60,442 nucleotides of DNA, filler included, from Sphacelaria rigidula (GCA_964200075.2; 9 parts of 9 records of this genome joined end to end with filler, not necessarily neighbours in it); one strand, 5' to 3'. Numbered from the whole stretch's first letter, positions 1 through 13,141 are shown. The notes: generated by a model not told the origin, from the letters alone. Translations and numbers: made by a program.

Positions 1-1202
1 CCTGAACCCGAACATCAGGCGTTGTATGACCATTTTTTCGTGACACTTTTAGCTGGTTTTGGGGGGGGGCTATCGTAGAAAGTGTCTCTGTTGCAAGAAA
101 TTGATCAACAAACATTGACAAAACCCGAAAAGTCTTGAGGTCTTTGCGGGGTTTGTATAATCAGAAAAAATGATATATTCTGAATAGCTTCATCTGCTCC
201 ACGAATCCCATACATACTGGCAGGTTTGCAATATATCAAAGGGAAAAGGCTCGAAATAAATTCTCACTTTGCCCGCCAATTCATCCGGAAATTATTGGGC
301 AAAAAGAGAACTTCTTGCGAACAGCCTCAATTGTGCAAGTTTCGCACAGTGCACCATAATCAGCGAATGAGATTCGAGATGTAGCAAAGATTGTTGAAAA
401 TAATTCATCCTCTTGTCCCCCAATCTATATACTTTTTGGGCTAACGGAGAGAATTCTCAACAGCTCTTGCTGGATACAAATCTCAAACATACCATCGACG
501 ACTCCTCGATAGTTTTGGCATGGACAATACGATATAGACAAATAAATCGCAGCATGTGCCTGTATTTGAACTGTACGTGGACTAGTAATGTCAGTGTGCT
601 TGCGCCACACGCCAGAACCACTTTTAGCAAGCGTGGGTTGATGAGCGAAACCCCGCATCATTGCAGCAGCGCTCAGGACAACAGCCTTTTTGAACTATAC
701 GACGCATGTGTGAACACGTTCGAGGCTTCAACTCATCCCGACACCTCCACGCACAAGTCACCAAGTGGGTATCAGGCATGTCGAGCGGCTGGGAGTGTTG
801 TGCTCGGTTATCTGAGCAGGGGAGTCAACGGTCATACCTGCATAAAAGCGAAGTAGAGGCAGCACCGACCAGTATCGACGACGTGGCAATATTAGAGTTT
901 CGGGAGGTATGGCTTGGCGTGATTCAGGCAGAACTGGGAGGTCACAAAGAGGCTCAAGCATTTGTTCTTGTTCATCAGAACAAACTCAGTCAGCGCTGAC
1001 TACTTGGTCTAGTGGCGGAATTCCCTCTTCCGTAGGAGCTGGCTGAGTGGCACAGTGGTGGACTTCGTTCCTACGAACTGAAGAAATGTTGAGTTTGTAC
1101 CTCTCGGCGCCTTCTCCAGCTTTCCCCTCGCCAATGTTGCAGCTCACAAGATCCAGTGCCTCTAACGTTTTCCCACGACTTCACTATGGGAAACAAGAGG
1201 CG

Positions 1203-1277
1203 ACTATACCGAGAATCGAACCCGGGTCACTGCTACGGACAAGGTAGTTCCACCTCTAGACCAAGCAGTTAGCGTTG
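1203..1277 (-). mobile_element. tRNA-derived SINE head or tRNA pseudogene
   Basis: Minus strand has an A-box-like TGGTCTAGAGGTGG and a B-box GGTTCGATTCTC. A diverged inverted copy of its 5' part lies at 991-1037. Confidence 0.5.
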
Positions 1278-1724
1278 GATGAGCGTCTGAAGAAACCTAC
1301 AAAAACACCCTGGGGTGCGCTTGTATTTGAATGAAAATGGTGTCAAGCGATATGGATGCGTATGTATCGTATCGGTACCGAGCGCGTTTGAACACCTTTG
1401 CTGCTTTCAACCGCGATTTGAAGTTAATTTTTCGTGGAAGAAATTCTTCAATACCCCGCCCCCCCTCTCCGTGTTGGAAAGGAATCCAGCACGTATCTTA
1501 GATGCAATTCAGCGGAACAAGTACTTACGGTTGAGTATCCTTACCGTAGGATGCCCCGGCTCTGAAAAGATCCAGCCTTCAAATATATTCGTCACACAAA
1601 CAGAGGTGGAGCCCATCTTTCAACTGTGTACTTTACCCGCCCTTCCTGCTGCTGCTGTTGTTGCTGGTGTTTTTTTGTCGTCACGTCGCGTTTTGCTATG
1701 TCACTGTGGCCTGGTGGCGACCAG

Positions 1725-4700
1725 GCGAAGCGTACCTTGGCAACCTACGGCATCAGCGGCAACTTCGTTGATATGGACAAGGTGCAGTACTCAAGTGTTG
1801 GGACAGGTGATGGTACATTGTCATTGACGTGGGAAGTTTGCTACGTTGCACCTTGGGCGAGGACTTAACTAGGTGGGGCATCTGAATGGCGTGGAAGCAC
1901 CTTCATCGGTGGACAAGTTGATACACCAGGAGAGGTGGACGTGGCCGTGACATCAACCTTCAAAACCTTCAAAAACAAGTTGGTGTACCAGTGGGACGCT
2001 CGGTAGTATATCTGGTACACGTGTCTGATATTCGCCACATGTTCAACCCCTCGCGGTACTTGAGACGAACCCGTGATCTCAAGGAATTTCATCTATCTCT
2101 TCCCCGGTACACACTTTACACTTTGCTCTCGCACTAAATCGACTTTCGTTAGACAAAATTTTATTTCTAAGCACGTACTCCCGCTTTGAACAACGGAAAC
2201 CACATATTATTTTATTCTATAAAGGAATCTCGAACAGTAATAGTAAGTACACCACCGGGGCTCGGCGACAATCTCGTAAAAACCGTCGAAATGTCCTCAT
2301 CACCTATTCGGCTCGCATTGGCCTTTCTGCCGTAGACTCAGGAATGGTTATGTTCAATTCTGACCTCGCTTCAAGTTGCGACGTCTCCAAGGCTCAATCA
2401 AGCAGTATATGTGAGCACGTGAATCCCATTCATCTTATTTGGTCACTTGACTCATAATTTATATTCCTTCTTCGTGGAATACAACAGTCGGAAAATATGA
2501 CGGAGACACGGAAAGCCATGGCTGCCATCACAGGCAGGACATCTGTCCCTCAGATCTGGATCAATCAGGAGCACATCGGCGGCTGCGATGACCTCAAGGT
2601 ACAAAAAGTACATTTTTTTCATGGAACGTAATAAATGGGGGTGGTCGCCAATTTATGTTGTATTGGCAGCCTTCGAAACTCAATCGGAAGGTGAGAGGTG
2701 GCGTGTAGTATGTTCGTATATATCATGCGTCGTGGGCATCCGCCGTGTATGCATCCGAACTATGCTTTTGAGTGACCCTACTCTAGACGGGTAGGAGGGT
2801 GTTCGATTTGACAAAAAAAAACACCATAATTTCTCTATTGTCACATACGCCCCACGCTCATTGTAGACTTGTATATGGAAGGAGAGGATGGAGACCTCAT
2901 TCGTCGCCGGCGGAGTAAAATTGGAAGACCCCCCCCCCCCCCCCTCGCCCCCTGGGGGGATTCATCACTTCGGTAAAGCCGTTGATTCGACCAATATGAG
3001 CTCGTTGGCCAGATCTGGGTTTTACAAGGTTTGCCGTCTTTTCAGTTACTCTCCACGCCGATGCACATCCACTCGTGAACACGAGTGAAGTCATTGCGCT
3101 CGCGAGTGTTCACCTGAAGACCGTTTGAATGCGCTCGCGAACACTTCAACGGCACGGGCGGCAATTGTAAAAACATCATGGTATTTCCAACGCAGGCTTT
3201 TACGATCCGTCGAACCGTTTCGTGGAATGGATACTTTACCAAGTTGTGAACGTCATCACCAGTTCTTAGGGTGGTGCATTTTTATTTCATCTTTCGCTTT
3301 CCTCTTTTGACGTTCACTCGCTATTCGTTTTGCTGATTGTTTTTCATGTATCCTGCTTTGCTCCACGTTCATGTAGCGAGTGCCCCTATTTTGGTTTTCA
3401 GGCATGTCCATCGTGTGAACACAACCGTTCATGTAGCGCACCAATCGAAGTGCCAGAATTAACCCACCAATATATACCACATGCCACCGCAGGCTCTGGA
3501 CGCCACGGGCGACCTCGGCATGGAGCTCAAGGCGTTGCGCGATCAACCCAGCTTGGAAGATGCTGAGGCGGACGTTTCTAAGAAGGTACTGCAGCTGTGG
3601 TGTGTTCACCATGTACATTTTCGCTGTGGAAATCACCGCCGCACCTAGGCGGTCGGTAGATTGCGGGTTCCGATTCCCACAAGAGCCACTAAATGATCGA
3701 TATATATTCGGGAAAATATCTTGTTTCTGTTGTCGTAAACATAGGGGCGTGTGTGCGTAGCAAGGGAGGTGTGTTCGATTAGAGGGTTCAGTCTGTGATA
3801 CCGAAGTTGGGATGGCAAAACGTAGGGGGGAAACATGGGTTAATCTCTTGAGACACCAGACTCGTCTCGAGGGTGGACACGGGTTAAAAGTGTGACGAAA
3901 ACAAAAACACGATGTCATATCCCATTTGATGCGTACAAGTCATATTCCATTGGATGCGTACAAGACATATTCCATTGGATGCGTACAATACGTGTGATCT
4001 CGCCACTGCTAGGGTTTTGGGCATCATTCCACTGGCGCGAGGGTGCTCTGAGGGATGGGGTACAGGTGCGCGTTCGTTTCTTCCATCGACGTTTCCTTCA
4101 ACATGCGGCCACTTGGCGACCCCCAAAAATCCCTCCACACGAAAATCTACTGCCCCAGAGGGCGAAAAGCCCGTGGAGGTGTTTAATCCCCCTGGAGGGT
4201 GGATAGTATCCCCCTCCACAGGGGTTGAACGCCGCTAGAGGAATAGCCCATACAATGTCACTTTAGGGAGAGATGGAGCCCCCCCGGAGAGGTTATGTGC
4301 ACTTTGGAGCAGCCAACACAACAAGATGAACTTCCTCTAGAGGTCGCTGTTCCTCTGGCAGTGTTAAATACGTCTGGAGGGATCGATTTTGACCCCTCGA
4401 GAGGTATTAAACACCTTCACGGACAAAACGACCCCACTACAGGGGTCAACTTTCTTTTAAAGGGAATTTTGGGGTAGACAAAAGGCCGAGTGTGTATGAG
4501 TCCCTTCCCCCGTTTGGACAAGCCCGCAGTTTCCAGGTACTTCTCCATATTTTACCCGGCACCTGCTGTAGCTACTTGTACTCACCTTCAGCAGACCTAT
4601 GAATCTGTGGCATAAAACGAAAGGAACGCAACGTTCGCGCTCCACTTTTCCTTACTGTAGTGTATCGGAGACACACTTTAGGTTGTGGTCAACAAGGGTC

Positions 4701-6232
4701 CCAGGTGGGTATCCCTTCGGAGAAGAGCAGTCGTCACGACTGACGTCGGTAGCCATCCAATCGCAACGGAAAGGTAACGAAAACCTCAATTTACTTGAGT
4801 TCATGTAGTAGCGGCATTTGCATGCTCTGGCTGAAGGTGTGATAGATTCCGACCCGCCGGTGGCCTGGTCATCTTGTCTCACGCGATCGCCCCCCATGGT
4901 CCCCTGTCTTGTCAAAAAGGGTTGCTTCCTTCACATCCCAACTCGTTACTTGGTTCAAGTGTGTCAACCATGGTGCCAGGAACGAGGTTGCCCGCAAAAT
5001 GACGAAGGCCTGTAGTTGCTGGGTGCAAGAAAAGGACTCGGGGGACCAAGGAACCAGTACAGAGACTCATAACTCCTCTCAATGGCGTTTTGAACATTTA
5101 CAGGGCGACGGTACGTCTGCGGCTGTTACCACCTACCCTGGCCCCGACGCCGCCTTCTTCTTGCCATTTCACTCCCCGGCCACCGTGGACAATAGAGTGG
5201 TGCGCCTGAATGGCGTTTTAGGCTTCATCATCTCCGTGGCGACGTGCGTTTTTGCCCACAGCGACACGACGCAGTGGGTGGTGAGTTACTGCACCTTCTG
5301 GCCTAGGTTGTCCCATCGCTTGCCTGCACTTGATGTGTTTTGCATGACCACACCTGATTGGTTCCTTCCGCGCAAGTGTTTGGCACCCGTCGTTTCAAAC
5401 ATCGTTTCTCTTTCCGCCGCACTGCCAGGACCTTCAGTCCCTACTGCCTGCCCTGACTCGAAACACTTTCTCGCAATCGTTAATTGGCCCTACACCCAGG
5501 TGCTTGGGATGGTAGTAGACTTCGCTCTCAAGCTGGGGGGATTTCCGAGCCCTCTCGGCACACTCGCCGCCTTACCCGTTGCCGGGACTAGACCGCATCT
5601 AAGGTGAGTAAACAAAGTATGTCCTACTCCATCTAGTGCTGCGACCCTAACAGTGAATGGATGCTGAGTGCGAGCTCGGTCGATCCCTCGGTGCTCCGTC
5701 TCGAATGGGATGCGTGGTCGATGGTCAAACGACTAAGGCAAGCAACAAATGAGTACCCCCCCCCCACGGGCGCGCGCTTCAATCGGTCCAATCGGTCCAA
5801 TAGCAACAACGCACTCCTCCCCTAGGGGTGTGGAGGGTCCACGGGGACATCGTTCGGAGTATATAGCACGCTTTGACCCGTACCTCGCCATCCTTCGTGT
5901 CCTGTTCCACTAATCAAGTCGATCTCCTGACCCCAAGCTTCGTAAATCTGTTCAATGCCTACATTATTCCATTGAAATGCCCGAAAAACCTTGTTTCGAA
6001 ATCGTTTTGGAAAAAGTATACGGCTCGAGTGCTGAATTTGTATACAGCTCGAACGCTCATTGGAATTGTCAACAAGTGCCCCTGTCTGTTTCATCCCCCT
6101 ATTTTTGTGATGCGTGCAATCGGCAGCCCGGGAGCGTCCAAGCAGTTTGCCAACCTGTGCGGTATCTTTATGGCATTTGTGGCATGGTCGTTTCTCGTCC
6201 TGGACTCGACTTTCGTCGCCCAAGCCTTCCTG
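1725..6232 (+). CDS. Glutaredoxin domain fused to a DUF4395-like membrane domain (partial; 5' and 3' exons not found on this contig)
   Basis: GT-AG exons with consistent phase: 1725-1781 (AKRTLATYGISGNFVDMDK), 2488-2598 (..TGRTSVPQIWINQEHIGGCDDLK, glutaredoxin VP and GGxD motifs), 3493-3585 (ALDATGDL..), 5104-5280 (..VDNRVVRLNGVLGFIISV..), 5500-5603 (VLGMVVDFALKLGGFPSPLGTLA..), 6127-6232 (PGASKQFANLCG..). The VRLN, DF..SPL and KQFA..G motifs match DUF4395 as I recall it. Confidence 0.85.
3915..3989. repeat. 25-bp tandem repeat x3 (intronic)
   Basis: TCATATTCCATTGGATGCGTACAAG-like unit at 3915, 3940 and 3965. Confidence 0.9.
4121..4474. mobile_element. Foldback/MITE with ~125-bp imperfect inverted arms (intronic)
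   Basis: 4121-4247 aligns to the reverse complement of 4346-4474 (CCCCAAAA.TCCCT, CCGTG.AGGTGTTTAAT, AGAGGAA.AGC). No TSD identified. Confidence 0.7.
5690..5766. repeat. Dispersed repeat family B (~75 bp); other copies ~20728-20822 (inverted) and ~43051-43125
   Basis: Shared GGTGCTCCGTCTCGAA.GGG.TGCG.GGTC.A.GGTCA..CGACTA.GGC.AGCAACA.ATGAG, flanked by G/C runs. Confidence 0.8.
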
Positions 6233-6628
6233 GTGAGAGTTTTCGGATTCCGCTTGGTAACTTTGAAAGCATCCCATTGCTGTTGCGTACCTCCAGACAC
6301 GACGTGCGAGTGATGCCACAGTAGCTCCCCCCCCTCTCCCCCCCCCCCCCCTCAAAGGTTTCATTGGCGCTGTGGCATAATCTACGTGCGCAGTGCTTGT
6401 ACCTGGTTTCTGAGACCATCTATGTCTGCATTTTTTAAGAAACGTCGTGGACTTGGTTTCTGGAACCTCCCAGCACCTTGATGCCCCGCATGGCCATTCC
6501 GTTCCCACAATAGCTCGGCACACTTGGGGGGGGGGGGGGGGGGGGGGGGGTGTTTTTTTTTTTTTTTTTTTTTTTTTTTTGGGTGTGGTGGGGGGGTGTG
6601 GGTCCCTTTTTCCCCCCGCGTGGTTCTT

Positions 6629-6728
6629 NNNNNNNNNNNNNNNNNNNNNNNNNNNNNNNNNNNNNNNNNNNNTTAATTAATTAANNNNNNNNNNNNNNNN
6701 NNNNNNNNNNNNNNNNNNNNNNNNNNNN
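6629..6728. other. Artificial contig spacer (N44-TTAATTAATTAA-N44); same spacer at 13356-13455, 20083-20182, 26810-26909, 33537-33636, 40264-40363, 46991-47090, 53717-53816
   Basis: Eight 100-bp spacers with a six-frame-stop linker. Intervening segments measure 6628, 6627 (x6), 6626 and 6626 bp. Confidence 0.97.
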
Positions 6729-6794
6729 CGGCTTTGTAGGGATGCGAGGTCAATGGTCTTATGACTATGGCATGCATAATCATGAGTACACCCC
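6729..6794. repeat. Dispersed repeat family A (~70 bp); copies in the opposite orientation at 33468-33536, 42451-42523 and 45138-45208
   Basis: Shared TTGCATGCC.TA.TC.TA.GACC.TT.A.CTCGC.TCC.T.CA.AG.CG.GAC. Two contigs end inside this repeat. Confidence 0.8.
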
Positions 6795-9700
6795 TAAAAA
6801 ATCCCCCCCCTGAGATCTGGAAACTCCCGGATGTCTCGGAACTGTCAGCCTGTACAACTGTTCCAAGGCGACGCTCGTCGTCTGAGGGTTAATCCCCGAC
6901 AGATCAATTGAGATCAACTATGCCATATTTTGGGATTCAGAACAGATGTTCTTTTTTCAAAGACAAAGCGCGTTTTTACATGAACATGTGGACGTTGGCT
7001 ATCTGTATGGAATTCAGTGCTGGAGAACCCCCGACCAGCTTTGAGGTACAAGTCAAGTGAATGCGGGTGTATCTCCGTAGAGCTTATGTCTGCGGGGTAG
7101 CATGTTTTTTTCATAATGGGCAATAGTGGTGCACACTTGGTAGCCACCACTCACCTCTGCGAGTTTGTCGTCACATCGTCTCGACTAGATTTTATTCTTG
7201 ACCGTACCATACCCGAAAACTTGTAGCATCAACGGTGGCTATATGCAACGGCATGAAGCAATCAGCGTGTCCTCGACCCGCACTGAACACAGTTTGTCTA
7301 CGTAGTGCACGCTTTCACCTATGTATGCTGCTGCCTAGTTTTGCACGAGAACACTACTTGTACAGACAGCGTGCAGCTACCTCGATAGTCCAACGGGGGC
7401 CAGGCAGCGCGCAAAGACTACGCACAGCGCTAAAGCGCTTCCTTTCCTCGTGTTTTTTTCTACGGTTGTGAGGGGCCGTTACTCAGATGGTCGAATACAT
7501 CTAGGCTGCGAGGTTGTTCATCTATGGTTGACGTGTATCGTGGGGGAACAACGTGACCAAATTGACCAATCACAGCAGGCGAAAGAGTCACTTCCTTGTC
7601 TTCGGGCTTGGTGCCTGACTTCCGAGACAGACATGGCTGAGTTTGAAAGCTTCTCAGTTGCTCTGTGATTAGGCACCCCCCTACCCTGCGCCACGTGGAG
7701 ACAACTGGATATATCGGGACAGTCAACCCCCGTAACTATTCCGAGACGAGCGAGACTTGAAGTCAAGAGGGTTAAACCGATCCCCGACATTTAAGCGCGC
7801 GCGTGGAAATGCACTTGGTCTAACCCCGGTTATTGGGCGACACTAAAACCGCAGGTGGCTCAAAAGCACCGGCATCGTGCGAAACTATGATGCTTGCAGG
7901 AGGACAACGCTCGTTGGAATTGCGCCTCAGTACATGCAGAGAGACGAACAGTGCAGTGCAGTCGGTGGGCCGAAGACAGCACATTTGGCAACTGGGTGCA
8001 CTTGTCCAAGCTACTGCTGTCCTATCCTCTTCGTTTCCTGCCCGTAACCAAAGATTTCGGCTTGCGGTTTTGCAGCCCATCTCGATTCAAAAAGGGTCGC
8101 AGTGACACGTTTGAAATCGCTTAGCTCGACATCACCACGACACATCGCAGCGATCCGAAAATACAGTGCCATCATCACATGCCCGCACACGCATGACGGG
8201 GGGGCGGGTGGCATAATGAGAGGTCATCGACACCGACAGACACCTACAGTAGTAAGGCCGATGATTCAGAACAAGATACCTTCCGATTTGAAACACCCAG
8301 ACACCTATGAAAAAATTCGGCTTATTTTGCTCTGATGATGAGAAATCAACAGACGTGACAGAGAAAGGCAAACATGCTACACAAATCACGGATAAAAGAA
8401 CCAGCTCACCTCCATAGTACAGTACCGTGAGCTCAGATCCAACCCTTCACACCGCCCTGCCCTTTCTACCGTACGGACAACTGAACGACTTCGAATGCCA
8501 CGCGTGAGACGAGACATTATTAATAGACATTGTCTTTGCCTAGATCATTTACTAAATTATGATTACGTATGCAAAAGTGGGAGGTTCGGCTTTCCCTATT
8601 GATATAGCATCATATATGTGCTCACGGCAACTGATTTCTTCTTCAGTACAGTATTTCTGTATTCGACGTGCCTCTGTTGACCTAAACTTGTGTGTACGGA
8701 AAATACTAAAGTACCTTGCACCGCGGGTCTGAACAATCTTCAGGCGACTCAACTCAACTCATCGAGCTGCTGTGCTGGGTGGAGAAAGGTGGATCACACG
8801 ACTGCTTGAGCAGTTGTGGGTGGTCTATAGGGGCGCCAGACAGAAAATTACACCATGTTCAAGAGGTGAGTTGGGTATGGGTATAGCTAGTCGCCTGTTT
8901 GGATTTGAAACTCGGCATAAGGACCTCGATATCGGCGTACCATCATCGCATTTGTTTGGACAAAGGAGGCCCAGCACCCGTACCAGTGGGTCCTTCGATT
9001 TTGCCCTGCTGAGCACTATCGTTACATGTTTGCCCAGGAAAACGTTAGTCAGGTGCAAAAAAAATATCATCTCCTGCGGTTAGCCCTCGATTCCGTTCCT
9101 GACCCTGCACCTTGCGGGTCCCAAGCAAGTGCCGGTACAACTTCATTGTAGCCACATGATGGAGTATATCACCCCCTCAAATATCTTTTACAGCGTCTAT
9201 TTTCTGAAGAAGCAAGAGCGCTCACACCCGCAATATTTGTTCATCGAAATGTTGTGACTGTATTTTCCACGATATCATAACTTCAGGTAGTGATTGCCAG
9301 AAAATTAAGGTTGACTAACATAATTAGCGAAGTATTTGATTCGCGGTAGCGCTCGGTAAGTCGATTGCACAGAACAGTGCGGGAAAATATCCAGGTGCAG
9401 GGTGTCAGGCACGGAACTTCAACTGCGCCTGTCTGTGTTTCTCAGGTAAATGCGTATCGATGATGTCGGTCCACCGTCGACGTTCTCGAGAGCCGGGATC
9501 CTGCTCTCCCAAACAATCGTGTTGATCGATACAAGTTGACGACGTTTTTTAGCCCAGACAGATTTCGGCGGAATCGCTTCAGCAGCTTTAGGAAAAACGA
9601 AAAACTGATATTGTAAAAGTTAAAGTTATCGCCAGGAGGAGGGGTTGTATGCCCAAGGCAGATGTACGGCGAACCACAGGCCCTACCAGTGCATGTGTGG

Positions 9701-10856
9701 CTCTAGGGGCTACCTCTCTCTCTCTATCTCTCTCGTCTCTCTCGAGCTTCCGTGCATGTCGTGGCCCCGACAATTTGTAGACACCTCTCGCCCTTCTTGG
9801 TCGAAGTGTACAGCTTGGTGTCGGGTTTTGGATCTCTAACTATTCACCCGTGTTGCACTCCCTGTGGAATGGTGTGAAAAGAAATACAAAAAAAATCGTG
9901 CGCTCGATACTTCGGAAGATTTTTCCTCCCGGGAATAAAGAAATGCACTTTTGGAACACGTTGGACCGCAATACGCGCATGGACGTCTTTGACGATATCT
10001 GTAGAGATGACGGTTAAGACATGAACATGTCGATGGATAGACGACATATTGAAGGTGGCCGTGGAATTGTCCCAGCGCTTTGAACTATCGACGTAACGCA
10101 AATTTCAGTCGGGAACGTCTGGCCTTCAGTATATTTCAAGGGCCGAACGGAGGCACCCTTTGAGAGCAATTTGTGCCCGACCTTCAGGGCTGTGTCGGAT
10201 GAGAAAAACCTGACCTTCATGACTCCACAAGCGGTTGCTAGTGTCCGATAACCCTTACAGAACATGTCGCACCGCGGAGGAGCTCATGATCACCCTTATT
10301 TCTGTTTTATGGGACCTACAAGTCCCCTTTAAGGCATCTGACCAGAGAAAAAGATACCCCAGGGGTGGTATTCACCGTATCAATGACCTGTTTTTCTTAA
10401 GACTTCTGAAGTTGACAAGAACGAAAAAAAAACTCTACCGCAAGTAATCATCAACAATAGCGATATCTGCGGCGATCATGCGACTTGATACGGCAGATCT
10501 AACTTCCCGTTTCACATGGATAATGTGCGATGGTGTGGTACATTCGATTGAGATCTTAAAGACTCTACGGCTTGTCTGACCTAACGTGAAAAGTGAAGAT
10601 CACGATCACCCACCCATCAATCAAGTGTTGGTTCCTCCTTCTGCACAATTTTGGCGTCCAAAGAGCTTATTCAAATGAAACATGCGTTTATTAATAGTAT
10701 TTTAGCGGACTGTCTGTACCACTGTCTGTGGTGCATGTTCCGCCTGCACTGAATTTGGATGGAGGCGTACTCATTTCCATCTGCAATTCCGTCACGCGCA
10801 CTGCTGTTGTGACCAACGGCTAAACCAGCGCTGCTATGGCACTCGACGCTATCCAA

Positions 10857-13141
10857 TCACCCGCAGCACTCACTATGGAATATAGCTGGCGGAGGGATGA
10901 TGAGAGATGAAGGCATAGAAGAGCTTTCAACGCTTGAGAAATCATTGGCAAGACTAGTTAGTCTATAAGGCGTTTTTTCTGACCGGAAAGTTGGGTGGCC
11001 TACAGATGTTTTGAATGCTGGAATGTTGACAGTGGTGGCAGGGCTCGGCTCCGGGCGCCACGTAGTCACCGGGATCCCAGAGCGCTTGTGTGGACCGGAT
11101 TCATGAGCAATAGTGTTAAATCGGGCGTGATGGCTTCGGTGAAGGTCATCGCGGTGGCGACTCTTCAGTAAGGTTGGGATAACATTTCAAGGGTCTGACG
11201 AGTTAATGATTCGTCTGAAAATTACTTGATTTTAGTATGATTGATAAATCCTCAGGTTTTTGTTTTCAGGGTTGCAACTTAGGTACGCGCAGCCCAGGCA
11301 CGTGAAATGGCGCAAAAATTGCGTGGAGACCTTTTCGACCAGTGGTCAACATTTGTTCTCTTTTTTTTCAAGCGACCAGGCCTGAAAAATCGCGGATTTG
11401 GTGACTCGAACCCGCGATGATTAGTCCGAATCGTGTAACATTCGCTGTCAAGACAGTGTGGACGACCGAACAACTACAGCGCTGCTGTACTGACGGTACG
11501 GTACTTACCCGTTGTATGGTCTGTAACGTACAACTCATACATCCACACCGTCCTCTCGGCATGGTGCGGTGCCCGAAGTGTTGTTGGAGGCGACGTCTCG
11601 TGGAGACGTGAATTGCTTGGGGCACATGAACACAGCGCAAATTACCGTCCTGCAAATGATGCCGGGGTGTTCATAAGTTAGTACAGCGAACATGCTTGTA
11701 CCCTGGCAACCGTCACATACACGGCTACCAGAAAGGTCCAGATCAGACAGAATGGAGAGGGAAATATCGTAGGTAGTGGGTGGAGAGTGTAACTAACACC
11801 CATGGTCAAGTCAGTTTTTTCAAGAGCCCCGATTATCACGAAGTCAATCGCGTCGGTCACGCCGCCAACGCTCTGCAGTTTTGAAAGATCCAAGGGCAGG
11901 TCGGGTAGAGTAGTATACTCGATTGCGGGGTATTTTGGAAGACGCGTACTTGAGGTACTCAAATCAGGGTAGAGTATCAGGAGTCGTGCCCGAAAAAAAA
12001 ACTGGAAAGCAATCCTTAGAAACCCTACCCCTAATTTGTGTACTTCAAGTACGACTTTAAGAATACCGCCGCAATTGAGTATACTCTACTCGACTTGCCT
12101 TTGGAAAGATCGCACCAAGAGTTATCGGTACAGATAAAACCAAGGTTTCTCGGAGATTCGGTTTTATTTTCTGCCGTGATGATCAAGGTTGAAGATATCC
12201 AAGGTTGTGTTCTGTAGGGTATGTGTGTTGTGTTGTCGTCCCATCTATTCTGGACGCCGGCCTGCACCTTTCGGTATGTGTGGGCGCAGCAGCCGGGGTC
12301 ACACAGGAAGAAGGTCAACACAGGAGCTTTTGTATTTTTTTTACTTTTTTTTGTCCCCCACCTTCCTTCTGCGGTGCTTACCTTTATTTTTTTTATCGGG
12401 TATACCGACTTAAAATCGGGTATTTACAGAAGTATAGAAGTGGTGTTTTTTATCGGCAAATATCCTTCCAAACCGTTACAGAGTGCTCGGGAAAAGGCTT
12501 GATGCCCTGCCGAGCCGAATCATACTGGAATATTCGGTACACATTCCGGTATGGCTTGATATGCCAGCCAAAAATCACCCGCTTGTGGGTATACCCCACA
12601 GGACATGACAGATCACTCCACGCGGATCGTGTGCTGCTGTACGTAGTAAGCTCTGGTTTTTTATGCGCGCGTCTAATTCGCATAAGTTATGGGTTCTCGT
12701 TTTTCGGTCTTCCACACTAAATCAAGTTATTGTACCGCCTCGGTGGGGTTTCCGCTTGTAAATGACCCCTTTTGGACGAGACGCATAAGTTTTTTAGGAA
12801 AAAAACGCATAGAAGAAAAAATTGCTGTACGTCGCCTGTGATGGACAATATCAAAAGTAGTACAATGGCGGCCATGACGGTCGCACTCACGTGCTAGGAG
12901 GATTATTGTTATCGAGTCTAGGAGTCGTATACGATAAGAAAACCGACGAAGAGATTTGAACCCTTACTCTCTCTGCGAAACGCGAGCGAGACGCAGAGTG
13001 CTCTTTCCAGTTGAGCTGCGTCGGTAGCGTTGAGTGGACAGGACAAGGCTCGAGTGAGCTTGACAGACAGAGTGGAGGTGAAGAGAAGAAGTTGTTGTGA
13101 GCTGAGGTGGGGATGATCTGCGATCTCTCCATGCAGCTCAT
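10857..13141 (-). CDS. Possible 4-exon orphan gene (~231 aa, Ser/Pro/Arg-rich)
   Basis: Exons 13141-12968, 11872-11798, 11649-11509 and 11162-10857, all phase 0. Donors GTAAGG, GTTAGT, GTAAGT; acceptors CAG, CAG, AAG. No recognisable domain. Confidence 0.35.
11891..12103. mobile_element. hAT-type MITE (213 bp) with 8-bp TSD
   Basis: Long imperfect TIRs (CAAGGGCAGGTCGGGTAGAG... / ...CTCTACTCGACTTGCCTTTG). Exact GAAAGATC duplication at 11883-11890 and 12104-12111. Confidence 0.85.
12205..12335. repeat. Dispersed repeat family C; inverted copy at ~41885-42010
   Basis: Shared CATCTATTCTGGACGCC...CTGCACCTTTCGGT.TG.G.GG.GCA.CAGC...GGT.ACACAG..AGAAGGT.AACAC. Confidence 0.8.

Noticed and set aside
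1692..1724. Apparent Cys-less glutaredoxin active site (FAMSLWPGGDQ)
   Set aside because: It lies just upstream of a CAG acceptor at 1722-1724, after a T-rich tract, so it is more likely intron. The real CxxC exon is probably off-contig.
1830..2095. Possible hAT transposase remnant in the Grx intron (F.NKL...WD; AT..PR)
   Set aside because: Too short and frameshifted to support a call.
6524..6628. Long G and T homopolymers
   Set aside because: Likely low-quality read tail at the contig end.
6673..6684. TTAATTAATTAA palindromes recurring at a fixed period
   Set aside because: Synthetic linker embedded in N runs.
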